Source of the DNA: Balneolaceae bacterium | GTDB lineage: Bacteria > Bacteroidota > Rhodothermia > Balneolales > Balneolaceae | Direction of reading: 5' to 3' | Length of the DNA: 41,571 bases | NCBI GenBank assembly: GCA_033722415.1 | Contig: JAWVZC010000001.1 | Location: 1 to 41,571 of the forward strand | Shown here: one piece after another, positions 27,739 to 37,732 of the stretch | Layout: each line of letters starts with the position of its first letter | Position numbering within the stretch: the first letter of the stretch is position 1 | The notes under the pieces: generated by a model | Databases searched by the model: none | Seen by the model: the letters and a program-made list of their open reading frames with translations, nothing else | Told to the model about the DNA's origin: nothing | Translations under genes and position numbers: made by a program

Positions 27739-29760
27739 CTATTTGTAGTATTCCGCTGATCCCAGCGATTTCAGGTATTCAATCAGGTCATTGAGTTGAT
27801 TTTTGGTCAGATCGTTCACTACTCCGTGACGATCATTGCCATCATACACCGTCCAAATCTCCTCAAGAGTCTGCGCACTGCCGTCGTGCAGGTATGGAGC
27901 CGACTCATAAATGTTGTTGAGATTGGGAGAATCGAATTCGTTTATCTCGTCATGATCTTTGGAAGTACCAACATCCGAACTTAACCTATTGGTGAACTTA
28001 GGCGGTGGATGACAGGTAATGCACTGATTTTCTAAGGGAATTTTCCTTCCATCGTTGGTCATCGTCCGTTCAAAGATTGCCTTGCCCCGATTCTGTGCCT
28101 TGGTCTTTGTACCATCCTCCGGACGGTACCGGTTAGGGGGATGTTTCAGCTGTGTCATGATGTAGCTAGTGAGGTTTACGAGCTCTTCCGGCGAGTAGGC
28201 TTCTGTCCGGGTCACAAATTTTGAAAACCTCATGCCATCTTGCATGTATACGCTCACATTATGCCCGTTCCATTTGAAGGGGGCAGTGCCAGACAGTTCC
28301 CGTAAAGTCTGTACATTGGTAATATCCCGGCCGGGGGTCAAAGCCATATCATACGTCAGACCGTCCTCATGTCCGTCGGGATGACAAGTGTAACAGCTAA
28401 ACTGATGTTGGAAGGTTTGACCGGCATTGTGAAATAGCCGCTGTCCGTGCCTAATTGCCGTGTTCTGATCAGCGTCTCCCACCTTTATTGTCCCAATTAT
28501 TTCCAGTACGTCCATATCAACCACCCCAATTCTGTCGGTCAGATATTCGGCATAATAGAGGGTGGATCCATCTGAGGTGAATCCCATTCCCTTAGGAGCG
28601 GAACCGGTTTTTATACGCTTTATAACAAATCGGTTGGTCAGACTTAGATCGTTCTCTGGGTTTGTCAACTTGCCGCTGTCGATCTCACTGATCACCGCCT
28701 GAAGCTTCTCCATATCTATTATACTCAGGTAGTCGGCCCCTGAATGTGAAACAACTGCCGTGCTCCCGTCCGGTGATACCCTGACATCGTAGGGATCGGC
28801 GAAAAACCGATTCGGCTCATCCAGTAGCAACTGGTAAACCTTCTCGTTTGCAGGTGAATATATCCCGATGCCATGATTGATCATCCACCCACTCTCCACC
28901 TGCACAGCGGGTACCAGGTTCTTGGGCTTGATCATGGTAAAAAGCGCCAACTCTCCATCCGGAGTGTAGTCCACATTTTCCAGGATATGGGCGGAAGTCA
29001 GCTCCCTGCGATCCGTAAGTTGTCGGCGGGAAGTGCTGATCACAGAAAGCTCAACTTTTGGGGGCGTTCGGAACGGTACCGGGCGGCTCCGCCTGCTTAA
29101 CACAAACAGGGAATTACCGTCCGGAGAAAGCCCGGCCCCCGTCGGATTGCTTCCGACAGGTAGTCGTTTGACCTCTTTAGCTTTCTTCAAGTCAATAATC
29201 GATAGATCCGAAGAAAAGGTATTGACGACATACAGAAAATTATTCCGCCCATCCCATTGCAGTCCGGATGGGCCCGATCCGACCTTGTAAGTATCGACAA
29301 TCTCCCCATCTGGCACGCGAATCTTCATCACGGTATCTGACCATTGGTTCGACACAAATGCGAAGTGTCCCTCCCCATCCAATACCACACTGTGGGGATG
29401 CCGGCCGACTTCCATTTTGTGGGCGACTGTTCTATCCCGGATATCGATGATCCAGAAAGAATCGTCTTCCTGTCCTATGGCATATAAATGATTACCATCC
29501 GGGGATATTGACAGGTTGAAAGGTGAAACATACTCATCGGTAAGAAAGTCGGTAAGGAAGGTATCGTATTGACGTCCACCGTGGCAGGAGGTGCAATTGA
29601 GGGGAAAGCCAGTCGTTGACGTCACGTAATCCACATGCTCCCGGGCCATCTTGTGCCCGACCGATCCCGCCACTATCACAACTAACACTGTTACAGCCAG
29701 TGTAGAAAACGGTATGGTTTTATTTCGCTTAATTCTCAAAATAAGACCCTCCGTTTTCAT
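27739..29760 (-). CDS. YVTN/YncE beta-propeller fused to a di-haem cytochrome c peroxidase/MauG-like domain (HzsB-HzsC-like), three CxxCH motifs
   Basis: Signal/TM, CTSCH, YVTN-type repeats (LYVVNTFSSDLSIID..VGSNP), SCYTCHPDG, QCITCH and SAPYLHDGSAQTLEE. Confidence 0.85.
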   Translation of the reverse strand: MKTEGLILRIKRNKTIPFSTLAVTVLVVIVAGSVGHKMAREHVDYVTSTTGFPLNCTSCHGGRQYDTFLTDFLTDEYVSPFNLSISPDGNHLYAIGQEDDSFWIIDIRDRTVAHKMEVGRHPHSVVLDGEGHFAFVSNQWSDTVMKIRVPDGEIVDTYKVGSGPSGLQWDGRNNFLYVVNTFSSDLSIIDLKKAKEVKRLPVGSNPTGAGLSPDGNSLFVLSRRSRPVPFRTPPKVELSVISTSRRQLTDRRELTSAHILENVDYTPDGELALFTMIKPKNLVPAVQVESGWMINHGIGIYSPANEKVYQLLLDEPNRFFADPYDVRVSPDGSTAVVSHSGADYLSIIDMEKLQAVISEIDSGKLTNPENDLSLTNRFVIKRIKTGSAPKGMGFTSDGSTLYYAEYLTDRIGVVDMDVLEIIGTIKVGDADQNTAIRHGQRLFHNAGQTFQHQFSCYTCHPDGHEDGLTYDMALTPGRDITNVQTLRELSGTAPFKWNGHNVSVYMQDGMRFSKFVTRTEAYSPEELVNLTSYIMTQLKHPPNRYRPEDGTKTKAQNRGKAIFERTMTNDGRKIPLENQCITCHPPPKFTNRLSSDVGTSKDHDEINEFDSPNLNNIYESAPYLHDGSAQTLEEIWTVYDGNDRHGVVNDLTKNQLNDLIEYLKSLGSAEYYK

Positions 29761-31177
29761 TCAACACTTTGCGGACGGACTGAACATACGCACTATCGAT
29801 TACCCGCGAGGTATCAGTGACCATGACCGGCGGGTGTTTGATTGCATTCGGCGCAATATTGTCAGGTGTAACAGATTTGGAGGCGTGGCAACCGATACAT
29901 CCCCGTCGCTCGCCATTGCGCAGCCAGATCCAGGCTGAAGGTCCTCGCAAAACTTCTTTATTGTCATCCAGGCTAAGAAGACGAATTGGCATGTCCGATT
30001 CTACCTTCAGATAAAACGACCCGTCCTCTTTCACTGCTGCCTCCTGCAGCGTCCTTTCTATGCCTATCACTCTTACATATGCAGTCTCTGGATTGCCCGG
30101 TAATTGAACCTGGGACCGCTCTACATTTTGGCTAAATACAATGCCGGTCCCCTTTTCAGAAGTGACGGAAGAGGGTAATTTCGGGGGGACCTCCTTATGC
30201 CTGACCGCCACCGGTTCAATTGAATGATATTGCGGATCCATATAAATCTGATCTGTTTTTCCCTCAAAATTCAAGCTTCTTAGCGAAAAAATTCCGTCTT
30301 GTGACTCGCGGGATGAAACCACAAGTCGATCGTCATTAAGCAGATCAACAGACTGGATACCATTTTCCGGGAAATATGCGATCTGGTCAACCGGTTTTCC
30401 GGGATCGGCATAAGACATGGAGACCACCCGGTCACGGGTCTCATCTCTCTTCACAAAAACCAGCCTCCTGTCAGGAGTTACACGGATGATACTTTTCACC
30501 TGCTCTTCGGCCTTATTATGATAAAAAGTCTGGGCTTTGGTACCGTCGGGCCTTAATACCATGAATGCCGGATCCTTTTTCTCGGGATACATCTGCCGGC
30601 TGATCATGGCGATTCGGCCGTCATGCAATACAGAAGCGTAGAGATCTTGGTGTGGATGAAATGTGATACGGTTTAGATCAGTACCGTCCACTCGTACCGT
30701 AAAGAGGGAGTAACCCATACCTGAACCGGGAGCAGGGGTCTCTCGTGAAAATACAATCTTTCCGTTAGGAAGGAATGCGGGAGTGAGGGCATTTTCTGCG
30801 ATGTCAGTCACTTTTTTCTTGCCTGACCCGTCCCTGTTCATCATCCATATCTGCCAAGGATTATCGGGTGTCTTTCTACCGGAAAAAACAATTTGTTTAT
30901 TGTCATAGGAGAGGGAGGGTGAACACGCAGCATGAAATTCAGGGGTCAAAATTTCAAGGGACTCACTGCTATCCTCATAATTCAGGCTTACAATCCTTGA
31001 TCCCGTTGAAATGGGAGGTAGAATCTCACCGGCTACTGCCGTAATCGATTCACTTGCCGGAATCTGCGTGAATATCACTACCGAATCCACCCGTTCCTTT
31101 TCCGTACTGGATCGCACAAACAGGATGGCCGCCAGTGCAACCAAGAGTAAACCGATATATCCGATCTTCCTGTACAT
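29729..31177 (-). CDS. Hydrazine synthase alpha-related protein (TolB-like propeller, HZS-alpha middle domain, one CxxCH)
   Basis: PSLSYDNKQIVFS..WQIWMMNRDGSG propeller, followed by EDGSFYLKVESDMPIRLLSLD..WIWLRNGERRGCIGCH. Confidence 0.8.
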   Translation of the reverse strand: MYRKIGYIGLLLVALAAILFVRSSTEKERVDSVVIFTQIPASESITAVAGEILPPISTGSRIVSLNYEDSSESLEILTPEFHAACSPSLSYDNKQIVFSGRKTPDNPWQIWMMNRDGSGKKKVTDIAENALTPAFLPNGKIVFSRETPAPGSGMGYSLFTVRVDGTDLNRITFHPHQDLYASVLHDGRIAMISRQMYPEKKDPAFMVLRPDGTKAQTFYHNKAEEQVKSIIRVTPDRRLVFVKRDETRDRVVSMSYADPGKPVDQIAYFPENGIQSVDLLNDDRLVVSSRESQDGIFSLRSLNFEGKTDQIYMDPQYHSIEPVAVRHKEVPPKLPSSVTSEKGTGIVFSQNVERSQVQLPGNPETAYVRVIGIERTLQEAAVKEDGSFYLKVESDMPIRLLSLDDNKEVLRGPSAWIWLRNGERRGCIGCHASKSVTPDNIAPNAIKHPPVMVTDTSRVIDSAYVQSVRKVLNENGGSYFEN

Positions 31178-32878
31178 CTACTGTATATGCTCCCCCTCTT
31201 CAATAGTTAGAATTTGGTTGGAGTCGATATTTTCTATCGTCTGCACCACCCCCGAAGGCCAGGCTACACTAATCTGTTGAACCGTTTCATTACTACCCAG
31301 CCCGAAGTGCAAACGTGGATCGTTCTGGGAGAGATATCCGCTTCCGCTTGTCTTCTCACTAATCTGCTCTTTGCCGCCGGCGATGACCGTCACCTTCGCT
31401 CCAACGCCATCCTGGTTGCTGATGGTACCCACCAGGTTTACCATTAGCCAATTTCCTTCATTACCCTTGTCATTTCTGAGAAGGATAGGCCGGTCGTCAA
31501 GGACTACAATAAAGGCGTCAATATCACCATCATTATCTATGTCCCCGAAGCAGGCGCCCCGTCCTACATACGCTTCTCTAAAATAACTTCCGAGGTTTAC
31601 AGAAACATCTTCAAAGCGACCGTCCGCCTGGTTTTCAAATAGCTGATCTTCCTGCCCATGCAGATGCTGAATTTCTCCGTTCACCGTAAATATGTCGAGG
31701 AACATATTGTTGTCATAGTCGATGAATGATGAAGCCCAGCCGGTATGTTGACCGCTGAGGGCGGCAATTCCAGACTGAGAGGAAAAGTCGGTGAAACGTC
31801 CATCTCCCAAGTTGGTGTAGAGAGCGTTGTAGGATTCGTCAGAGACAAAGAGATCAAGCAAACCATTGCCGTCATAATCACCGAAATCCACGGCCATACT
31901 CGAGGTTGCCTCCCCGGTATGGTTGAAGGCGGTGCCGGCCTGTATAGCCACTTCCTCAAATTTTTGACCCCGGATATTTCTGAACATATAATTGGCCATC
32001 TGGTCGTTGGCTACATAAATATCCGGGTACCCGTCATTGTCATAATCTGAGGATGCCACACCCATCGCCCGGCCGTTCTTGCGCACCAGGCCCATCGCTC
32101 TAGTTACATCATCAAATCGGCCCTCGCCAAGGTTGTGATAAAGCCGGTCTGCCTGTCCATCAAAATTCAATGGCCCCGGGAATCCGTCTGGCATGTAATA
32201 GAGGTTGTACTCGGGATCATACTCAACGTAATTACCCACGTAGAGGTCCAGCAGACCATCCCTGTCATAGTCAAGCCAAATTGCTCCTACACTGAACTCA
32301 TCACCGCCTACCGCGGCCCGATCGGTTACGTTGCTAAAGGTACCGTCCCCGTTATTCCGGTAGAGTGTATTGCGCCGATAGTTGGTGACGTAAATATCGG
32401 GATAACCGTCGTTGTTATAGTCTCCAGCCGTAACTCCGATTCCAAAGTTGGTATCTCCCACCCCTGCCTCATCGGTTACATCGATAAATTGTCCGTTTCC
32501 CATATTCTTATACAACGCATTTCGTGGTATTTCGGAAGGAGCATCTCCGGTACTAAACTCTTCTGAATAGGCTCCATTCACCACGTAGAGGTCGATGGCT
32601 CCATCCTGGTTGTAATCCAGGAATGCAGCCCCACCGCCATCAGATTCGATGATATTTGAAAGTTCCTCATCGCCAATCGTATGCCGGAAATCGATCCCCG
32701 AATATTCAGTGATATCCAAGAAAAAATCCTCTCCCTCCGGGGGGAGTTCGGGAACGGGGGAATTACCTGTTGTACTTCTTGGCTCTATCTCCCTGGTACA
32801 GCCCATAAGCAGAGATCCCACTGCTACAAAAAGCAGTGGGATCGTAAGTTTTGTTGCCAGGTGTAAACGAGTATTCAT
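31178..32878 (-). CDS. CRTAC1-family FG-GAP repeat / ASPIC-UnbV lipoprotein
   Basis: Lipobox LLMGC, several DxDxDGxxD Ca-binding repeats and the C-terminal ASPIC motif GSGYLSQNDPRLHFGLG. Confidence 0.92.
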   Translation of the reverse strand: MNTRLHLATKLTIPLLFVAVGSLLMGCTREIEPRSTTGNSPVPELPPEGEDFFLDITEYSGIDFRHTIGDEELSNIIESDGGGAAFLDYNQDGAIDLYVVNGAYSEEFSTGDAPSEIPRNALYKNMGNGQFIDVTDEAGVGDTNFGIGVTAGDYNNDGYPDIYVTNYRRNTLYRNNGDGTFSNVTDRAAVGGDEFSVGAIWLDYDRDGLLDLYVGNYVEYDPEYNLYYMPDGFPGPLNFDGQADRLYHNLGEGRFDDVTRAMGLVRKNGRAMGVASSDYDNDGYPDIYVANDQMANYMFRNIRGQKFEEVAIQAGTAFNHTGEATSSMAVDFGDYDGNGLLDLFVSDESYNALYTNLGDGRFTDFSSQSGIAALSGQHTGWASSFIDYDNNMFLDIFTVNGEIQHLHGQEDQLFENQADGRFEDVSVNLGSYFREAYVGRGACFGDIDNDGDIDAFIVVLDDRPILLRNDKGNEGNWLMVNLVGTISNQDGVGAKVTVIAGGKEQISEKTSGSGYLSQNDPRLHFGLGSNETVQQISVAWPSGVVQTIENIDSNQILTIEEGEHIQ

Positions 32879-33046
32879 CCTGATATTATTAAATCATTAG
32901 GCATAAAAAAGATTAGCAGATCAACAAATTATATAATTAGACATAAAACTCCAATTTGAAGGGTGGCTTATTTCTTTTCCATCGATATTCATAATTCTAT
33001 ACCCCAACCCTATTAAAGCGATTTTCTCTACCTGGTAACAGATAGG

Positions 33047-34081
33047 TCACTTAACGTCCCAGGTATTACCGCTGTGGAACAGTTCCTTTAAATTACCGTA
33101 TGGACTTGCATCCTTTGAACGGGTAATGGCGTTGTGTACATCACTTTCAAAAGCTGATTCCGTTTCTGATTGCCTGATAATACCCATAGCTACTGGAAAG
33201 TCCGGCAGCTTCATCCTGGCAAGTGCCATTTGAAGCTCGAAACTTTCCTCACGGGTATCGTGCACCAAAATATCGTCTTGTTGCTTGCCATTCTCTTTCA
33301 GGGCTACTTTTTCAAGCTTCATTTTATCTACGCGGATGCCATATTTCTGGTCTTTACCAAAGATCATTGGTTTACCATTTTCCAGTATCAGCTGATTGTC
33401 ATCCTTGGTATCACGACCGGTTATCTGTTCATGAATTCCGTCGGTAAAAATCACGCAGTTTTGCAGCACCTCAATGATTGAGGTGCCCTCGTGAGCATGG
33501 GCTTGGAGCATGACCTCTTCAAGGAGCCTGGGATCATTATCTGGAACACGGGCAAAAAAAGTAGCCCCGGCCCCGATAGCTACTTCACCGATGTTAAATG
33601 GTCGTTCATAGGAGCCTTCGGGGGCCGTCTTGGTTTTCTTTCCAAGCGGCGTGGTAGGCGAAGACTGCCCTTTCGTCATCCCGTAAATCTTGTTATTGAA
33701 GATGATAATATTCAGGTCCACATTCCTTCTGGCGGCGTGTATCAGGTGGTTCCCCCCGATCGCCATGCAATCGCCGTCTCCGGATATTACCCAGACGCTC
33801 AGACCAGGATTGGCCAGTTTTACACCAGTGGCCACAGCAGCTGCACGCCCATGGATTGAGTGTATGCCATAAGTATCCAGGTAGTACGGCAGGCGCGATG
33901 AGCAGCCAATACCGGACACGCACACAATTTCCTCTTTGGGTTTGTTTAGACTTGCCAGAGCTTTCTGCAAAGTGGCCAGTATGACATAATCACCACAACC
34001 CGGACACCATTTGACGTCCCGGTCACTGGCAAAGTCTTTTCTTGAAAGCTTATTTGTATTCTCTTTTACCGGCGTTTGCAT
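33047..34081 (-). CDS. korB: 2-oxoacid:ferredoxin oxidoreductase beta subunit
   Basis: WCPGCGD, SGIGCSSR, HSIHGRA and TPP-binding GDGD..NN.IYGMTKGQ motifs. Confidence 0.95.
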   Translation of the reverse strand: MQTPVKENTNKLSRKDFASDRDVKWCPGCGDYVILATLQKALASLNKPKEEIVCVSGIGCSSRLPYYLDTYGIHSIHGRAAAVATGVKLANPGLSVWVISGDGDCMAIGGNHLIHAARRNVDLNIIIFNNKIYGMTKGQSSPTTPLGKKTKTAPEGSYERPFNIGEVAIGAGATFFARVPDNDPRLLEEVMLQAHAHEGTSIIEVLQNCVIFTDGIHEQITGRDTKDDNQLILENGKPMIFGKDQKYGIRVDKMKLEKVALKENGKQQDDILVHDTREESFELQMALARMKLPDFPVAMGIIRQSETESAFESDVHNAITRSKDASPYGNLKELFHSGNTWDVK

Positions 34082-34084
34082 AAC

Positions 34085-35932
34085 TTAATCCTGCAGAATG
34101 GTTGAAATTTTATCTTTGATCTCTGAGACGAGAAATGGCTGAGCATGTATTTTGTTGTACTGTTCATACTTAAATCGGGGCAATTCGGAACGCAGATAAT
34201 TAACAAATTGTCCGTTGTTCAATTCGCAAACAACTATCTTCTCAAATCTCGTAAAGATCTCTTCAGTATTTCGGGGTAACGGCTTTATGTATTTAAAGTG
34301 GGAAAACCCCACCTCCTCAATACCCTCCTCGAGCAGTTCCGCCACGGCCGTGTTGAGTGCGCCGAATGTACTGCCCCAACCTACGACCAGCACATTACCG
34401 GACTGGGCGCCGATCACTTCTTGATCGGGCAACTTTCCGGCCAACCTCTTTACTTTCTCTTCCCGCATCTTCACCATCTTCTCATGGTTGGCAGGATCGT
34501 AGGTTAGATGGCCGGTCAAATCTTCTTTCTCCAGGCCACCGATGCGGTGCTCAAACCCCTTATCTCCCGGAACCATCCAATAGCGGTTAAGATATTCCTC
34601 CTGCCTGAGATAAGGCTGCCAGTCTTCCGGATCGCCCTCGAAAACCGGTGCATTTATATCAGGTAATTCATCAATCTCGGGAATCCGCCAGGGACTCGAC
34701 CCACTCGACAGGTATGAATCAGACAACAATAACACGGGTGTGGTATGCTCCATGGCAAATCTGGCGGCATCATAGCTGCTAAAAAAGCAGTCGCTGGGTG
34801 ATTTTGCTGCCATCACAACGATGGGCGCCTCACCATGTCGCCCGTACAGGGCTTGGTTCAAGTCGGCCTGCTCCGTCTTGGTGGGCAACCCGGTGGAAGG
34901 TCCTGCACGCTGTACATTAACCACCACCAGTGGCAGCTCGGCGATCATTGCCAGGCCGAGGGCTTCGGTCTTGAGCGAAACGCCGGGGCCTGAAGTAGAG
35001 GTAGCCGACAGGTTTCCGCTGAAAGCGGCTCCAATTGCAGCACTGATCGCAGCAATTTCATCCTCAGCCTGAAATACGATCGCCTCCCGGTCCTTTCTAG
35101 CTGCAAGTTCATGCAGAATCTCGGAGGCCGGCGTGATGGGATAGGATGAAAGAGAGAGTTTCCGGCCGCTTTTCTGAGCTGCAGCCAAGAGCCCCCATGC
35201 AATGGCGGTATTGCCGTTGATATTGCGGTACGTTCCTTTCTTCAGCGTGGCCGGGGGGATTACGACGGAGGGGCCCAGAGTATCCGTGCTTTCTGCATAA
35301 TGATACCCTGTTTTTAGAACCTTTTTATTGGCCTCTATCAGCTCCGGCTTGCTGGCAAACTTCTTTTCTATGAACTTGACGGCACTGTCCAACGGGCGGC
35401 TGAACAGGTAATAAACCACCCCGAGGGCAAACATATTTTTGCTCCGCGTGATCGACTTCATGTCCAGAGACATCTCCTTGAGACTCTCCTTGGTAAAAGA
35501 GGTGGCCGGGGCCCTGATCACATTGAAATCCTCCAGGGTACCATCCTCCAGAGGATCCTCATCGAATTCTGCTTTCTTCAGATTTCGTGAAGTAAAGTTA
35601 TCGATGTCTACTATGATTATTCCCCCAGGCTTGACATCTTTCATATTGGCTCGAAGTGCAGCTGGATTTAGAGCAACGAGCACATCAATCCTGTCACCCG
35701 GCGTGTATATTTCGGTTTTCCCAAACTGTATCTGGAAACTGGAAACACCACTAATACTACCCTTGGGAGCCCTGATAGAAGCTGGAAAATCGGGAATAGT
35801 AGTCAGATCGTTACCTGCAAGGCCAGAAGCCTGTGAAAAGATTTCACCGGTAAGCTGCATCCCGTCTCCCGAGTCTCCGGAAAAACGTACAACCGCCTTT
35901 CTCATTTTCGGTTCCAATATCGTCTCAGCCAT
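34085..35932 (-). CDS. korA: 2-oxoacid:ferredoxin oxidoreductase alpha subunit (gamma-alpha fusion)
   Basis: FSGDSGDGMQLTG, YPITPAS, QAEDEIAA and QRAGPSTGLPTKTEQ motifs. Confidence 0.95.
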   Translation of the reverse strand: MAETILEPKMRKAVVRFSGDSGDGMQLTGEIFSQASGLAGNDLTTIPDFPASIRAPKGSISGVSSFQIQFGKTEIYTPGDRIDVLVALNPAALRANMKDVKPGGIIIVDIDNFTSRNLKKAEFDEDPLEDGTLEDFNVIRAPATSFTKESLKEMSLDMKSITRSKNMFALGVVYYLFSRPLDSAVKFIEKKFASKPELIEANKKVLKTGYHYAESTDTLGPSVVIPPATLKKGTYRNINGNTAIAWGLLAAAQKSGRKLSLSSYPITPASEILHELAARKDREAIVFQAEDEIAAISAAIGAAFSGNLSATSTSGPGVSLKTEALGLAMIAELPLVVVNVQRAGPSTGLPTKTEQADLNQALYGRHGEAPIVVMAAKSPSDCFFSSYDAARFAMEHTTPVLLLSDSYLSSGSSPWRIPEIDELPDINAPVFEGDPEDWQPYLRQEEYLNRYWMVPGDKGFEHRIGGLEKEDLTGHLTYDPANHEKMVKMREEKVKRLAGKLPDQEVIGAQSGNVLVVGWGSTFGALNTAVAELLEEGIEEVGFSHFKYIKPLPRNTEEIFTRFEKIVVCELNNGQFVNYLRSELPRFKYEQYNKIHAQPFLVSEIKDKISTILQD

Positions 35933-35995
35933 TGCAGATAATAATTTTATTTTAGGATTTTATTGACTGTCCGAACGCTGGATCACGGCACTTTC

Positions 35996-36346
35996 CTAGT
36001 TGTGCAGAAAGTCATGCTTTGCCATCAGTTCATCTTCCATCTCTTCATGATCGGGGTGAATAATCAGGCACTCCGGAACCGGGCAGAACGCAATGCACTG
36101 TTCCTCATCGTGGAATCCGGTACACTCGGTGCATTTGTCAGCGACTATGAAATAGAATTCATCCGAGAGCGGTTCCTGCATATCGCCGGCATCAACTTCC
36201 GTACCGTCGCTCATGGTCACCATGCCGGATAGTTCCGTACCTTCAGCCATCGACCACTCCACTCCAGGTTCATAAATAGCTTGATTGGGACATTCTGGTT
36301 CACACGCCCCGCAATTGATGCATTGGTCAGTGATTGTAAGAGCCAT
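35996..36346 (-). CDS. 2x[4Fe-4S] ferredoxin (Bacteroidota-type with insertion)
   Basis: [12 protein letters not shown] and [18 protein letters not shown] motifs. Confidence 0.95.
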   Translation of the reverse strand: MALTITDQCINCGACEPECPNQAIYEPGVEWSMAEGTELSGMVTMSDGTEVDAGDMQEPLSDEFYFIVADKCTECTGFHDEEQCIAFCPVPECLIIHPDHEEMEDELMAKHDFLHN

Positions 36347-36584
36347 AATTCTAGGCGATTTAAATTAATGTTGTTATTAAAAACGTCGCCACCACCAGGC
36401 AGCTTTGTTACTAAATAGATATTTAGACAAAAAACTCTAGTTTAAAAGTACGTAAATTCAAAACCCTCCACAACTAATATCTCAACATACTTTATGGAGT
36501 ATTCCGGGTTTCGTAAGTGGCTACAACCACTATCAAAAAAACTGCCTACAACCGAACCAGTTGCCAACAGCAAAACACTCTTCA

Positions 36585-37592
36585 TTAACGGATTTTCTCC
36601 ATATCAAATCCCTGTAGAGTGCGGATATAGTTGGCTCGTTCAAAGGCGCTGGGATCAGCCACTGAAGCTGAACTCATCGCACCCCGCATCTCATCGACGG
36701 AACTGTATTCATTCTCCTCCATCCACAGGATCAGATTGCTTCGGATGTTGCCAAGGGCCTTAATCCCGTCGCGCAGCAGCACCGACGCCATCATGGTCAC
36801 ATCCGCCCCGGCCAGTATCATCTTGGCAACATCTTCGGCCGTGTGGATACCTGTGGTTGCTGCCAGACTGGCCTGCAGGTGTGGCCGTAGCATTGCAATC
36901 CAGCGGAGGGGCAGTCGTTTTTCAAAAGAGCTGCTAAGTTTCAGGCTGGGTTCCACCTTCAGTGTATCGAGGTCGATATCCGGCTGGTAAAACCGGTTGA
37001 ACAGCACCAGACCGTCTGCGCCTGCTTGTTCCAGGCGAACAGCCATATTTCCAAATGAGCTGAAATAGGGTCCCAACTTTACGGCTACAGGAATATCCAC
37101 CGTTTCCTTGACCGCCTCCAGATCATCGACATACATCTGTTCCACGGTATCGGAGGTCATCGTCGGATCACCAACAACGTAGTAAATATTCAATTCGATG
37201 GCATCCGCTCCCGCCTCCTCCATATTTTTCGCATATGAAATCCACCCCCCTTTTGATACCCCGTTGAGGCTTGCAATCACCGGAATATCCACTACTGATT
37301 TCAATTTCTGGATCTGAATCAGATACTCCTCAGCGTTTAAGTTGTGATATTCCCGTGGTTGCGGAAAATAGCTAAGGGCTTCGGCGTGGCTTTCTCCATG
37401 AGTGGTCAAAAAATGGTCAAGTGCTTCATTTTCTTTTGTAATCTGTTCCTCAAAAAGAGAATACATCACAATGGCCGACGCTCCAGCATCCTCAAGGCGC
37501 CGCACCGTATCCAGATCACTAGAAAGCGGGGAGGCAGAGGGCACCAGCGGATTCTTAAGCGGTATTCCTAGATAGCGGGTCTCTAAATTCAT
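36585..37592 (-). CDS. Dihydroorotate dehydrogenase-like FMN protein (nifJ-associated)
   Basis: LKNPLVPSASPL, SLFEEQI, IELNIY, LVLFNRFYQPDID and SAFERANY motifs. Confidence 0.9.
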   Translation of the reverse strand: MNLETRYLGIPLKNPLVPSASPLSSDLDTVRRLEDAGASAIVMYSLFEEQITKENEALDHFLTTHGESHAEALSYFPQPREYHNLNAEEYLIQIQKLKSVVDIPVIASLNGVSKGGWISYAKNMEEAGADAIELNIYYVVGDPTMTSDTVEQMYVDDLEAVKETVDIPVAVKLGPYFSSFGNMAVRLEQAGADGLVLFNRFYQPDIDLDTLKVEPSLKLSSSFEKRLPLRWIAMLRPHLQASLAATTGIHTAEDVAKMILAGADVTMMASVLLRDGIKALGNIRSNLILWMEENEYSSVDEMRGAMSSASVADPSAFERANYIRTLQGFDMEKIR

Positions 37593-37645
37593 AATTATTC
37601 CTATCTGTTTCGGTAATTCTGTTTAAGGTGCGTTCATTAATTCCA

Positions 37646-37696
37646 TTCAAAAGAAGCTTCCCCGGTTTAAATTACATTCCGGGACACCGGGGAAGC
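37646..37696 (-). terminator. Stem-loop, putative terminator or stabiliser after nifJ
   Basis: GCTTCCCCGGT (37656-37666) and ACCGGGGAAGC (37686-37696) form an 11-bp stem with a 19-nt loop, followed on the minus strand by TTCTTTTG. Confidence 0.6.
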
Positions 37697-37732
37697 GCTG
37701 GTTAGAAAGAAATCTAAAAGAATAACTTTCGA

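Noticed and set aside
27739-31177. Genuine anammox hydrazine synthase / anammox metabolism
   Set aside because: The alpha-like chain is short with one haem and no Tyr after the motif, no HAO/HDH multihaem genes are in the window, and the context is not planctomycete-like.
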